Below the pieces are notes generated by a model. It had not been told where the DNA came from. It did no database searches and was given only the letters and a program-made list of their open reading frames with translations. Of a DNA stretch of 64,000 bases, positions 43,166-54,373 are shown one piece after another; position 1 is the stretch's first letter; the number at the start of each line of letters is the position of its first letter. The DNA lies in NCBI GenBank assembly GCA_030167865.1, contig JALAGF010002695.1, positions 1-64,000 of the forward strand. Reading direction: 5' to 3'. The stretch comes from Craspedostauros australis (lineage: Eukaryota). A program made the position numbers and the translations under genes.

Positions 43166-46100
43166 ATGTCATCTTCCAACCAACAAGGCTCGCAGCCGCA
43201 GTCGGACGATGGCGCAACAGCCGCGGCCATCGACAACGACAACAGCAGCAGCAGCGGCAGTGGCAGCAACACCAGCGCCAAGGAGGACGATGAGACCATG
43301 ACGCAGCTGCTGAGCCAGCTCATCGCCACCCTGAGCGTCGGCGCACGAGCCGTCCAAGGCCTGCCGACCGATTCGGATGAGTTCAGCTACCAATCCACCT
43401 TCCCGGAGTTCAGCTCCGCCTTGCAGGAGAGCCACCAGGAGCTGCTCGACACGCTCTTGCTGGCCTTGCAGGACGACGCCTCCCTCAGCGCGACGACGGA
43501 ACTGGACGATCCGCTGCTGTGGGAGACCTGCGCCGATGCCTGCGACGGTCTCGTGGAGCAGGTCGAAGGCCATCTGCGCAAGAACACCAACGTCAAGGAT
43601 CTGGCGCAGGTCGTCCGGCAGAAGGCGCATTCCAGCTTCGGCAAGCTCGTGTCAGGCATCGTCGACATGCCCAAACCGCAGGTCGTGTACAAACTGTACG
43701 ACAACAGGACTGACAACAGGACGGGCAATACCATCGATGCATCCGCGCGTGCGTCGACCACCGTGCAACGCACCGCACCGTTCGTTCCGCCGATCCGCCA
43801 AAAGTTCCATGCCATCGCACCGTTGGATTTGACCTTGCAACCAGGCAATGGACTTGATACGCGCTTCGGGGAGCTTCGCAAGAAGAAGAAGAAGAATGCG
43901 AAGGATGACCAGCCCAAGACTGCCGCTCAGCTTCAGCACCAGAAGCTGTCCGACGAACACCTTCCGTCGCATCATGTCCCGCACGTGTACGCAACGGAAA
44001 TTCGGGAGCTGAAGTACACAGCGTGGCAGCTGGAGGCGTCGCCCACCAAACCAACCAAGATGCAGGCGGAGGTGGACGCGCTGCAGGCCAAGTGGATCGA
44101 TACAGCACCCGCATTGCAGACGCTCGTGGACGCCATCCTGGATCAGGACATCCGCGAAGTTGCCATCGATCTGGAGGCGCATAGCTTCCGCAGCTTCCCA
44201 GGTTTCGTGTGTCTCATGCAGCTGTCCTACAAGAACGACGATGGCAACGACAACAAGGACACCGCGATGCACAATCACCTCATCGATCCGTTTCCCATCT
44301 GGAATGAAATGGGGAACATCCTGGGTCCCATGCTCGCGAATCCAAACATCGTCAAGATCTTCCACGGTGCTGACAGCGACGTCCAATGGCTCCAGCGCGA
44401 CTTCGGCCTCTACGTCGTCAACCTATTCGACACGGGACGCGCAGCACGGGCCCTCAAGTTCCCATCGGCCGGATACGCCTACCTCCTGCAGCATTACGTG
44501 GGCATCACGCCAGACAAGGCACATCAGCTTTCGGACTGGAGACAGCGTCCCTTGCCCGACGACATGAAACAGTACGCCATCATGGACACGCATTACCTCA
44601 TCGATGTCTACCACAGGCTCAAGTACGATCTCGACAGCAACGCCGACACCTCCATCCGCGAAGTCCTCGACGTCAGCAAGCAGGTCTCGCTCATCCGATA
44701 CACCACGGAACCATTCCGCCCGGAACGATACAAGACCCTCCTCAAGAGCCATTCCAGACTCAACAGACAGCAGGAGCTAGTCCTGCGCGCCTTGTTCGAT
44801 TGGAGGGACCAGACGGCCAGAGATTGCGACGAATCGCTGTGGTACGTCTGCCGCAATGACGCGCTGCTACGCATGGCCATGACGTGTCCCACCAGTCTCT
44901 CCACCCTGCAGGGACTCTTCCATCCCATGCCTCCTCTCGTCCTGCAGCATGCCAAGGACATCGTCAGCATCATCCAGCGCACCGTCACGGCCGCGAAAAC
45001 GGGCACGGATCCTCCTGCCACGAAGTCGGCGTTCACCAAGCCCACCAAGTTGCAGACCATGCTCTTTCAGCAGTCTGCTGCGTCATCTCAAACGAGCGGG
45101 GCAGCACCGGCATTGGGATCCGGTCTCAGCACGGTTCACGCTGAACGGACTTTGCTGAGCCCGGTCTTGGGCACGGAAGCGTTGTACAAGCAGGCTGGTT
45201 GGATCACGCCGGACTTTCAGGTTGTGGAACCGCCCACCACAACCACGGAAGAGGAAGGGGATGGCGGCAATAACAGCAACAGTGGCAAGCCACGTCGCGT
45301 CCTGGCAGTCCATCCTAGCAACAAGGACTACCAGTCGCGACATGGTTCCGCCCATAGCTTGCAATTGGGCATTCCAAGCAACCGAGAAGACGGCAGCGCA
45401 GCCACCGTCATTCGACATGATGATGCCAACACCGAAATTGCCCAACACGCAGCAAACCAAATCCGCATGACCATATCTAACGACGCCGAGATGATGGGCC
45501 TTATCGTCAATGCCCCCATCGATGATGACGATGATGGTCAGCAGAGCAAAACGGCATCTACCATCAATGCATCCGCTACCGACAGTCCACGCCAATCGAC
45601 AGCAAATGCCCACGGCAGCAACACCAACGATGACGACGAACAAGAATTCGTCATTCCACGTTCCATGCGTGAAATTTACAAAATCAGCAATCGCAATCGC
45701 AAGAACAAGAAGACATCTGAACGGTCGTCAGGCGGCGGGGCGGACGCAGCGACCGCATCGCCCAGCAGCCAAAAGCAGAAGGCGGCGCTGGCCAAGGCCG
45801 AAGAAGTACTGAACGCGCGCGGACTTGACGGTCAAACCTATTTTGACGACAGCGCTCATAGTTCCACCGGAGGCAGTCCCAAGCGCCAGCGCACCAAATC
45901 CGTCACGTCTCAATCCTCGGAAGAGGCCGCGGCAGCCACCGACAGCGCGAACCAATCCAGGGAAGAGGATGTCATGCTCATGCAGGAGGTTGGATGGATC
46001 ACGGACAAATCGCAGATCGACAACATGATGGTCAAACAGCAACGGTCCAATTCCGATGGAAACGATATCGATGCCGACAAATCCAAACCGAATTTCGATT

Positions 46101-46363
46101 ACTCCGGCACGGGCCAGATTGGAGTGTTCCCAGGCGCATCGTCGAACGCATCCAGCAATCCGTTCTTCGCAGGAGCATCGACAACAGGCGGCTACTTGGC
46201 TCAACAGTTTGGCGGAAGCAAGTCCAGCAGCAGCAAAAAGAAGCAGAGCAGCAACAGCAGCAGCAATAACAACAGCGGCGGCGGCAGCAAAAAGCACAAT
46301 CGGCGTCAGACTGAGCGACCCGAAAAGCAAGATGGGAAATCGCAAGCCTTTCGGAAGCGATAA
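43166..46363 (+). CDS. RRP6: Exosome 3'-5' exonuclease RRP6/EXOSC10
   Basis: DEDD-Y motifs AIDLEAHSFRSF, HGADSDVQWLQRDFG, QLSDWRQRPLP and YAIMDTHYL; HRDC domain WRDQTARDCDES; basic C-terminal tail. Confidence 0.96.
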   Translation: MSSSNQQGSQPQSDDGATAAAIDNDNSSSSGSGSNTSAKEDDETMTQLLSQLIATLSVGARAVQGLPTDSDEFSYQSTFPEFSSALQESHQELLDTLLLALQDDASLSATTELDDPLLWETCADACDGLVEQVEGHLRKNTNVKDLAQVVRQKAHSSFGKLVSGIVDMPKPQVVYKLYDNRTDNRTGNTIDASARASTTVQRTAPFVPPIRQKFHAIAPLDLTLQPGNGLDTRFGELRKKKKKNAKDDQPKTAAQLQHQKLSDEHLPSHHVPHVYATEIRELKYTAWQLEASPTKPTKMQAEVDALQAKWIDTAPALQTLVDAILDQDIREVAIDLEAHSFRSFPGFVCLMQLSYKNDDGNDNKDTAMHNHLIDPFPIWNEMGNILGPMLANPNIVKIFHGADSDVQWLQRDFGLYVVNLFDTGRAARALKFPSAGYAYLLQHYVGITPDKAHQLSDWRQRPLPDDMKQYAIMDTHYLIDVYHRLKYDLDSNADTSIREVLDVSKQVSLIRYTTEPFRPERYKTLLKSHSRLNRQQELVLRALFDWRDQTARDCDESLWYVCRNDALLRMAMTCPTSLSTLQGLFHPMPPLVLQHAKDIVSIIQRTVTAAKTGTDPPATKSAFTKPTKLQTMLFQQSAASSQTSGAAPALGSGLSTVHAERTLLSPVLGTEALYKQAGWITPDFQVVEPPTTTTEEEGDGGNNSNSGKPRRVLAVHPSNKDYQSRHGSAHSLQLGIPSNREDGSAATVIRHDDANTEIAQHAANQIRMTISNDAEMMGLIVNAPIDDDDDGQQSKTASTINASATDSPRQSTANAHGSNTNDDDEQEFVIPRSMREIYKISNRNRKNKKTSERSSGGGADAATASPSSQKQKAALAKAEEVLNARGLDGQTYFDDSAHSSTGGSPKRQRTKSVTSQSSEEAAAATDSANQSREEDVMLMQEVGWITDKSQIDNMMVKQQRSNSDGNDIDADKSKPNFDYSGTGQIGVFPGASSNASSNPFFAGASTTGGYLAQQFGGSKSSSSKKKQSSNSSSNNNSGGGSKKHNRRQTERPEKQDGKSQAFRKR

Positions 46364-46583
46364 TGGGGCGAACAGTGTAACAACGATAGTTTAGGGGGGA
46401 AACGATTGTTTGATTGCGCGTTTCATAGTGATGCATTCGACCACGCTTCTGTTGTGCTTCTGTTTTGTTGTGTACAGAGCAATTGTTGAATCAAGCGGCA
46501 CTCCGGTGCTTTCGCATCTTTCTGTTTGCTTCTGCCCAAAGATGACCTCTCGGTCACTCGATTACTCAATGTCATCGCCCCAT

Positions 46584-47189
46584 TCAAGGAACCTTCACCG
46601 TGACTCGTTTTATTTGGATGGGCTCGACGGGCTGCTCCATGTTCGTCTCGACTGCCTCGATCTTCTTGATCACATCGTCATATCCCTTGATGATCTTTCC
46701 AAATACGGGATGCGCGCTCTCCGATTCTCCGCTGAACCAGTCCAATTTACTGTTGTCATGCACGTTGATGAAGAACTGCGACCCGCCGGTGTCTGGCTCG
46801 CCGGAGTTGGCCATGGACAGCGTCCCCACAACATTCGAAAGCGTCTTGGTCTTGTCAAGTTCATCCTCGATGTTGCCGTCTTCATCTCGGGTGTGCTCCT
46901 TCTCATCCTTGCACGACAAAAACGAGGTGTCGGGTGGACCGGATCCCTTCCCAGCATCTTCATCCAATGTCCCGTACATGACGTGCGGGTTGATGGCGTA
47001 CGGGCAGCCGAATTGAATGACGTATTCGGGCGTGATGCGATGGATATACAGTCCATCGTAGAACTTCTGCTGGATCAAGTCGATGAAGTTGCCGCATGTG
47101 ATGGGCATGGCTTCCGTGAAGAGCTCGGCCTGGAAGGTCCCCATGGAAGCGGTCTCGAACGTGACGATGGTCTTGGATTTGGATGCCAT
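46584..47189 (-). CDS. Cyclophilin-type peptidyl-prolyl isomerase
   Basis: PITCGNFIDL, FYDGLYIHRI, GTLSMANSG, GGSQFFIN and HPVFGKI motifs. Confidence 0.95.
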   Translation of the reverse strand: MASKSKTIVTFETASMGTFQAELFTEAMPITCGNFIDLIQQKFYDGLYIHRITPEYVIQFGCPYAINPHVMYGTLDEDAGKGSGPPDTSFLSCKDEKEHTRDEDGNIEDELDKTKTLSNVVGTLSMANSGEPDTGGSQFFINVHDNSKLDWFSGESESAHPVFGKIIKGYDDVIKKIEAVETNMEQPVEPIQIKRVTVKVP

Positions 47190-47881
47190 GGTGATGTTGT
47201 TGCTATTGCTGTTTGCTGTTTGCAGAGTTAGCTTTCTCTCTCTCTCTTCGCACAATTGTATTTGTATGATGGAGGGAGGGTGTTGCTTCCTTTCCCTGTG
47301 CACTGGCGATGGTTGTTGGGATGATGAGGAGGAGCCGAATTCATCTGTTGTTGCGTGCGATGCGGAAAGGTGTTGTCAGTTCGAAAGATTTTGTGACCTC
47401 TTGGATTTCGGTCATTCCACTTTTGTCACATGCGACAAACGTGACGTAGCATGGGCGATGAATGAACAACAAGGAATGTTCGAAGTGCCGATCGACAACT
47501 GACGCACACATGATGTGTATCCGCGTTTGTGGTGTTCCAACATCACCAGCCAAGGGCAGGATACACATCACAGGGACAAACACGCGTCAACCCATCATGA
47601 TGACGATCATCGCCACGACCGCCGCCTTCTCTTCTTGGGGAAGATCGTGGATGCTGCCCACCAATCCACTCGAGAGGTCCGAGAGATTGGAGAAAGGACA
47701 CCAAGCACAGCTGTTCTTAGTGCATCAACCGCGTCGCATCACATCGCATCACATCACGTGAGAGAAGCTTGTTGGCGTCGTTATCGAACCTCTGCAGCAC
47801 CGCCCAACACAACAAGAACAAGACCGAAAGCAACAAGAACAAAAGCAACAAGACCGAAAGCAAAGACAACAACAGACGACG

Positions 47882-49049
47882 ATGAGCTACGCAGGCCACA
47901 TTCCTATATCCACCAATGTGTGGCGCCCAGAAATCCATGAAAGCCTGGATGACAAACCGTTGGCAACCACCATCAGCGACATCTTCATCGATTTCCCGTA
48001 CGATCGGTTGCCATCCAATGCCTACCTCGCATGGTTCCTGCGCCCCGAAGGTGTGGCATGCACGCTCATCTTCTACCTCGTCTCCAAGCCGATCATGAAG
48101 ATGCTTCCCATCGCACCCAAGTCGACCGCCTTCCGCAACTGCGTCGCCATTCACAACATCAGCCTCGCCATCTTTTCGGGCATCGTCGCATGGAATTCTG
48201 CCGTCATCAACGTCCAGCATTTCCTCGAATACGGATTGTTCGACACCTACTGCGATCCGAATGGGACCTTGTGGCATGATTCCGGTTTCGGCGCCTGGGC
48301 CGTCATCTTCTACATCTCCAAGTACTACGAATTCGTCGATACGTGGATTCTGGTGTGGAAGCAGAAGCAGCCATCCTTCCTGCAGGTGTACCATCACACT
48401 GGGGTGGCCTTCTGCATGTGGATTGGCGTGCTCAGCCAATCGAGCTGGCTAGTATTCGCCGTGACCCTCAACGCATTCATACACACGCTGATGTACACCT
48501 ACTTCTTCATCAAGACGGTGTCGCCGACGACGCAAATCAAGGCCGCCAAACATCTTACCGTGGCGCAAATTACGTGAGTGATGCAGGTTGCGCAGCATAC
48601 GAGCCACACACACACATACACGCAAGTTGCAGTCAAGTGCCACGTACCATACGAGAGCCAGGATGAAAACGAAAACTTGAAGAGGAGACCAAGGAGACGT
48701 TCGTTCGTAAACTTGCACGGCAGTGTCTCGCTATCGTCATGCCTGGCCCCGAATCGACGACAATCCCAGTGTCCCAATTCCCTCACGATGCCATTTCTCT
48801 CTCCTCTTCTCCATTTGCCGACCTACCTACCTACCTGCACGTATCCCTGCGCACCTGCCATTCGACCATCGCATAACATGGAACAGCCAATTCTTTGCTG
48901 GGATCTTGTGCTCCTGCGGAGTTCTGTACATGGGCGACGAATGCGATACCGTCAGCTCCAGATTCGGGCTCATGAGTCTCCAGGTTTATGGATACGGTCT
49001 CGTCGCCTTGTTCTGGGCATTCGCCAGACGGAAGTACAAGAAGACATGA
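47882..49049 (+). CDS. ELO/GNS1/SUR4 fatty acid elongase, copy 1; exons 47882-48573 and 48887-49049
   Basis: FYISKYYEFVDT, SFLQVYHH, NAFIHTLMYTYF and T.AQITQF across a GTGAGT...CAG intron; C-terminal KYKKT. Confidence 0.95.
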
Positions 49050-50252
49050 GCGGAGATGGGAGATGCCTCCTCGACGGAGACTTTGGACTTTCAATTGTGT
49101 GGGTGAGTGTGAGATGCCGTGTGGCAGATGCCACCGTGCAGCGGAGACAACGAACCAGAAAGTCCACCTCGGAGCACCTAAAATAATGAATGTGCAAGAG
49201 AAGACGGGCACCTGCTTGTTGCCTCAAATGTCGAGCAAAAAAGCAACAAGGTAGAGCAGCAACTCCAGAGCTTGCGGTGTGGTGCGCTCAATCCTCGCAC
49301 TTACGAGTACGAGGCTATGACACGAGTATTTGGAGGCGGCTCAGTCCTCCCACCTTCGTTTCTCTGCGACTCTGTCTCTCTGTAGGTATTCCGTTTGTCT
49401 GGGGAGCAAAAGGCACTCGGAACATTGTTCGTGCCACCAGCATCCTCGTGCAAGTCTGGCACATACTCTATACATCAACCGGATGTGATCTTCCCTCTTC
49501 GCCCCAGCGGGAGCACGCCCGCCATAAGAAGTGAGTTGCTTTGATGGCGTTGTTGCGCAATCGTATCGTGGGCATCAGTGGTCGTGAGTGATCAATAAAT
49601 GCCACACCAGCGTTGCCGCATACGTGGTCTGTTACACACATCGTGTGCGGGTTTGTTGGTGATGGTCGTCACAGAGACAAGGCAGTTTGTGATCGTCGTT
49701 CTGGGTGCAATAAATGCGAGTTATAGCCCCTTCATCGTGAACCGGCCAAACATGTCCGGAACAACTCGGGAATGGCTTGGAACAACCAACGCGCCACCAC
49801 CACTTCGCCAACGCATCGAGGCATTTTTGGCGTTGGATTCTTCCCAACCGACAAACAGAGAGGAAATGTCGGCAACGCATTGGCAATGGTTTGAACGAAA
49901 TGGAAGATCGTCTTCGCTCATTTCCACACATCCACGCGCCCATTCAAATTCGCAAGACAGCGCCTGCTTCTTGACAGATTGCATCACCATACCACAATAC
50001 TACATCTGCAAGAGTTCCTCCTCGAACCTCCATTTCTCTCCAGTGAAGTGATCATAAAAGAAACTCTCATTGACATTCTCAAGTTCACAGGCTGACAACT
50101 TGTGGCAAGGACTTGGCTGTGTCGACAACGCAAAGCACATCACATCACATTACAGCACCACAAGAGGCATCACGGACGTTACGAACAACACCAGAATCAG
50201 ATACATCACATAAATTGCAAACATCACATACATCACATAAATCACTTCCACC

Positions 50253-51283
50253 ATGTGGCGGCTTCCATCATGGATGCATGAAAGCATCGACAGGGATCCG
50301 TTGGTCACGACCATGGACCAATTCCTCCCGTCCGGCTTCCCTTACGACCGATTGCCAACGGCAGAAACGCTCACCGCCGCCGGCCACAATACCTACTTCT
50401 CGAGTCTGGCCTTCCTCTTCCGTCCAGAAGGCGTCGTCGTCATGATCATCTTCTACCTCCTCTCCAAGCAGCTCGTCAAGCACATCGCGTTCCAATCACA
50501 GCAGAGCCTGCAGAACTTCGTCGCCGCCCACAATTTGATTCTGGCCGTATTCTCCGGCGTCGTCGCCATCAACGGCATTGCCGCAATCATCCAGCACACA
50601 TTCCAGTACGGTGCCTTCGCCACGTACTGCGACAACGACAGCACGTTATGGAATGAGGCAGGCTTCGGTGGCTGGGCCATCGTCTTTTACATTTCCAAGT
50701 TCTACGAATTCATCGACACGTGGATCTTGATATGGAAGCAAAAGAAGCCATCCTTCCTGCAGGTCTACCATCACACCGGCGTCACCGTCGCCATGTGGAT
50801 GTGCGTTGTGACGCATTGCAGCGCTCTCACCTTCTTCGTCTCGTTGAACAGCATCATACACACCATGATGTACAGCTACTTCTTCGTCAAGACGATCTGG
50901 CCCAAGGCGGAGATCAAGATCGCCAAGTACTTGACTATGGCGCAGATCGGGTGAGTCACTCCATTGCTTGATGTTATACAAATTGAATTGAATGCAAATA
51001 CTTCATTCGATTGAGAAAAAGCGCATTGATGCAATCGACGGCTCTCTCACAAAACCACGGTCCTTTCTTTCCATCTTCCTCCTGCGATATATACGTGTGA
51101 GATTGCAGACAATTTTTTACTGGCATCCTCGGATCCAGTGGTATCTTCTTGTTGGGAGATCGTTGCGGAACGTCTGGATCTCGGGTGGCATTGGCCTTCA
51201 TGGACACCTACGTGATCGGTCTCGTCGTCCTGTTCTTCGCCTTTGCCAAGAAGAAATACAACAAGAACGGGAAGAAGGAGTAG
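50253..51283 (+). CDS. ELO/GNS1/SUR4 fatty acid elongase, copy 2; exons 50253-50950 and 51109-51283
   Basis: FYISKFYEFIDT, SFLQVYHH, NSIIHTMMYSYF and TMAQIGQF; same intron position as copy 1; ends NGKKE. Confidence 0.95.
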
Positions 51284-51435
51284 AGTAGAGTAGAGCAGAC
51301 TTGAACACTATGACATGCACATATGGGCGACGCTTCGTCTTTGTTGCTACGTTTATTCTAGGGAAACAGAGTCAAATTTCATATTTGTTGTGTTGTATAG
51401 TATCATACCATACCGTGATTGTGCAGCGCATCTCA

Positions 51436-53467
51436 TCAGAAGGAGCTGGCATTCGGTGGAACTCCCGTACACAGCGTTTGAAAGTATGTGTTGCTGCCTC
51501 CTTCCTTCTCCGAGGATTGCTTCGCCGGCGTCATCGCTTTCGAGGATGACGACTCCATCACGGTACCCATCTTCATCCTTGCCTTCATGTCGTCGGAACC
51601 GACGCTATTGCCTTTGCTCTTCATGGTGGCATCCGTGTCGACGTTGAAGGATTTGTTCAAATCCGCGACGAACTTCTCAATCATTTCGTCGGCTTCAGAC
51701 TTGCCCGTATTGACCTCCAGCTTCTCGATCGTATTGACGCGGCTTTCCGAAACCTTCGCGTCATCGGCCGTCAAGGCGGACGGCTTCTTGTGCAGGCTCT
51801 CCAGGTCGCTCGTCTTGAGAGACTTCTTCGCCTCCTTCGATGCCAATACGTCGTCTTCCAGCTTCGCGTTGCCTTGGGACGGCGTCGATGTCGCAACCGT
51901 GGAAGCCCCAGTGGACACGGCCGGCGTTGCCGAGCTCGCCTTGGTGGAAGTGTCCTCCGTCGAATCCAATGCCTTCAGTCGAGCCGCGATGGAGTCATCG
52001 GATACGTTCCTCGAGTCCGCGGTTTCGGCGCTGCGGGACAAAGATGCTGTGGGAGGGGCACCCAAGTCCTGTTCTGCTGCCACCGAACCTCTGCTGGATG
52101 GGGCGCTCAGGAATTGGGAGCGGTGATGATGATGCAGCTGCTGGACGTTGGGGATTGTGATTTCCTGTCCGGTCTGCGGCCCGCTGTCCACCTGCAAGTT
52201 GTTGCTGCCTCTGCTGCGCGCCTGGTACGGCAATTCCATGTCGTCCGCGCCATGCCTGGCGCTGCCAGGGCGCTTCTTGTAGTCGCTGTACGCGCCCTCG
52301 TTCTCGAAGGAAGGGTCCTCACCGTCCTGGTTGCCGCTGGAACGTCGGCGTTCCTTCGGTGTGCCCATCTTGGTTGGTGAGAGACCATCCACTGACATGC
52401 CTTGTTCCATGGCGTTGGCGCTGTCCGTCTCGCCTGCGCTGTGATCGTAGTCCGTGCCGTAATTCAGCTCCAATGCACGCCGCTCCGGTGCAAGCAAGCA
52501 CACGACGATGAGGCAGAGGAAGTACACCGCGCCGGCAGCGATGGCAAAGTATCCGCTGGTTCCGAGTTCGCAGGATTCGGCCACCTGTGGGAGAGAGTCG
52601 GCGCCGCTCGGGTACCAGATGGTGTTGCGACAGATTGCGGTGTCGAAGAAGAGGAACTTGGAACCCTCCGCCAGAAAGGCCACCATGAGCGCCGGAAGTA
52701 GCACACCAGGCCAGAAGAAGAACGCCGGCAGCGGCGTCACGACGAAGAACCAAATCATTGCCTGCAGGTATGGATGTGAGAGCGTGATTGATTTTGCATG
52801 TGAGTGTGCGTCCGTGCGTGCGTGTGTATTCATGCAATGGGAGTATGTACGATAGGGGTGATGAATTGAAAGGAAACAATCATAGTGAAGCATTTCATGA
52901 AACGGGTGAGGTTGCGGATGGGTGAGAGAGCGAGTGCTGAATGCAGAAAACTGTCGTTGCAAGGCTGCAACGCTGTGCATTCTTCAGCACATCCATTCGT
53001 AATGATTCCGCCGAGACGATACTTACAGTCGCGACCATTCCTGAGATGCCGGCGATGTACGACATGACGCGCGCCACGGTCCACGTCCGATCATCATCGA
53101 TGAACATCGCTTCGAATTCGGAATCGTACGCGCGGCATCCATCGACGAGGAAGGCCTTGCTGTATCGATCGTTGATCTTGGCCGTCGACACGAAGGCATC
53201 GACGCTCTGCGGGTCCTGGTAATGATGGATCATGCCCAGTTCGATGGTGCTTTGGTTCCACCCGATGTTGGACGGCGTGAATCCCACATCGACGCGGATG
53301 AAGTCGCAACTGGCGGTGGAGTACAGCGACATGATGGTGCCAGCCGTGATGATGGGCGCCACGAGCAAGGGGTACCATCCGTAGCGGCAACAGCAGTACC
53401 GCCACAGGCGCCAGGAGTGCATCAATCCCGGCGCCGTTCTGCGGCTCTCGTCTCCTTTCCACGACAT
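51436..53467 (-). CDS. Hypothetical four-TM (claudin-like topology) membrane protein with long disordered C-terminal tail; exons 53467-53027 and 52761-51436
   Basis: TM1 is followed by SCDFIRV...ELG and a Cys-containing loop, three further hydrophobic helices and C...CELG. Phase-0 GTAAGT...CAG intron. Confidence 0.75.
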
Positions 53468-54373
53468 TGTCAAACGTTGCTGCTGTAGCTGTTGTTGTTG
53501 CTATCGATCTGTGTGTGCGTCGCGTCGTCGAATATGAAGGATACCTGCGTTGCGCGTTGTATATTGTTCTTGTTCTCTCGTTTCTGAGACTACTCGATAT
53601 GTTCCTCTGAATGGGGTGGTGGGTGATGCTGATGATGATGGCAAAGATGCGCTGTTGGAAGTTGGTGGACCTGAAGTGTGAGAAAATGGAAGACTGTGAA
53701 TCGAAACTCGTTCTCACAAGGCAACAGCTCAACTCAGGCGCTGCTTGCTGTCGATGAGGCACTGCGACATTGTCGTTACACACTTCCTCTGTTGCCATCA
53801 CCGTGAGTAGAGCACGCAGGGATGCATGCATTCCGTCTCGAACTGCCGAAGATGGATCGTCACAGTTTCAACATGCCGAATGCGTAACGAAGTTTGTGAG
53901 GCCCGATGCCCTTTTGACGACCGTTACCGAAGTAACGGGTTTTTGTCTTCTAAATATATCGCACTTCCGAGCACGACTAAATGACACCAACCGTCAGATT
54001 TTAAACTGTTCCCATGAATGCAACTGGTGCGGAATGCCATAGACCGTGTAGGAGAGTAGGTTTACAGAAACCATACTGATACCCACTTCGGGCACTCCAC
54101 ACTTCGGTTGCTTGCGTACAATGTACATAATGTTACTCTATGTCCGAGTATGATTGGATACTCCGATTGCCATGCCACCGCCACCGCCATCTCTCCCCAT
54201 TTCTCCTCAACGTTCTATCATTTGTTACGCTGCTCTTGGTCCGAAATGGCACTGCGGAAGTATGGCTTGGTATGGTGTCGAGAGTACGACAACGCTATGC
54301 AACGGCAGAATCGTACGGTGCCAAACATAGTGGTACCAATATCACACGAGTACGACCAGAATACTTGTGCACG

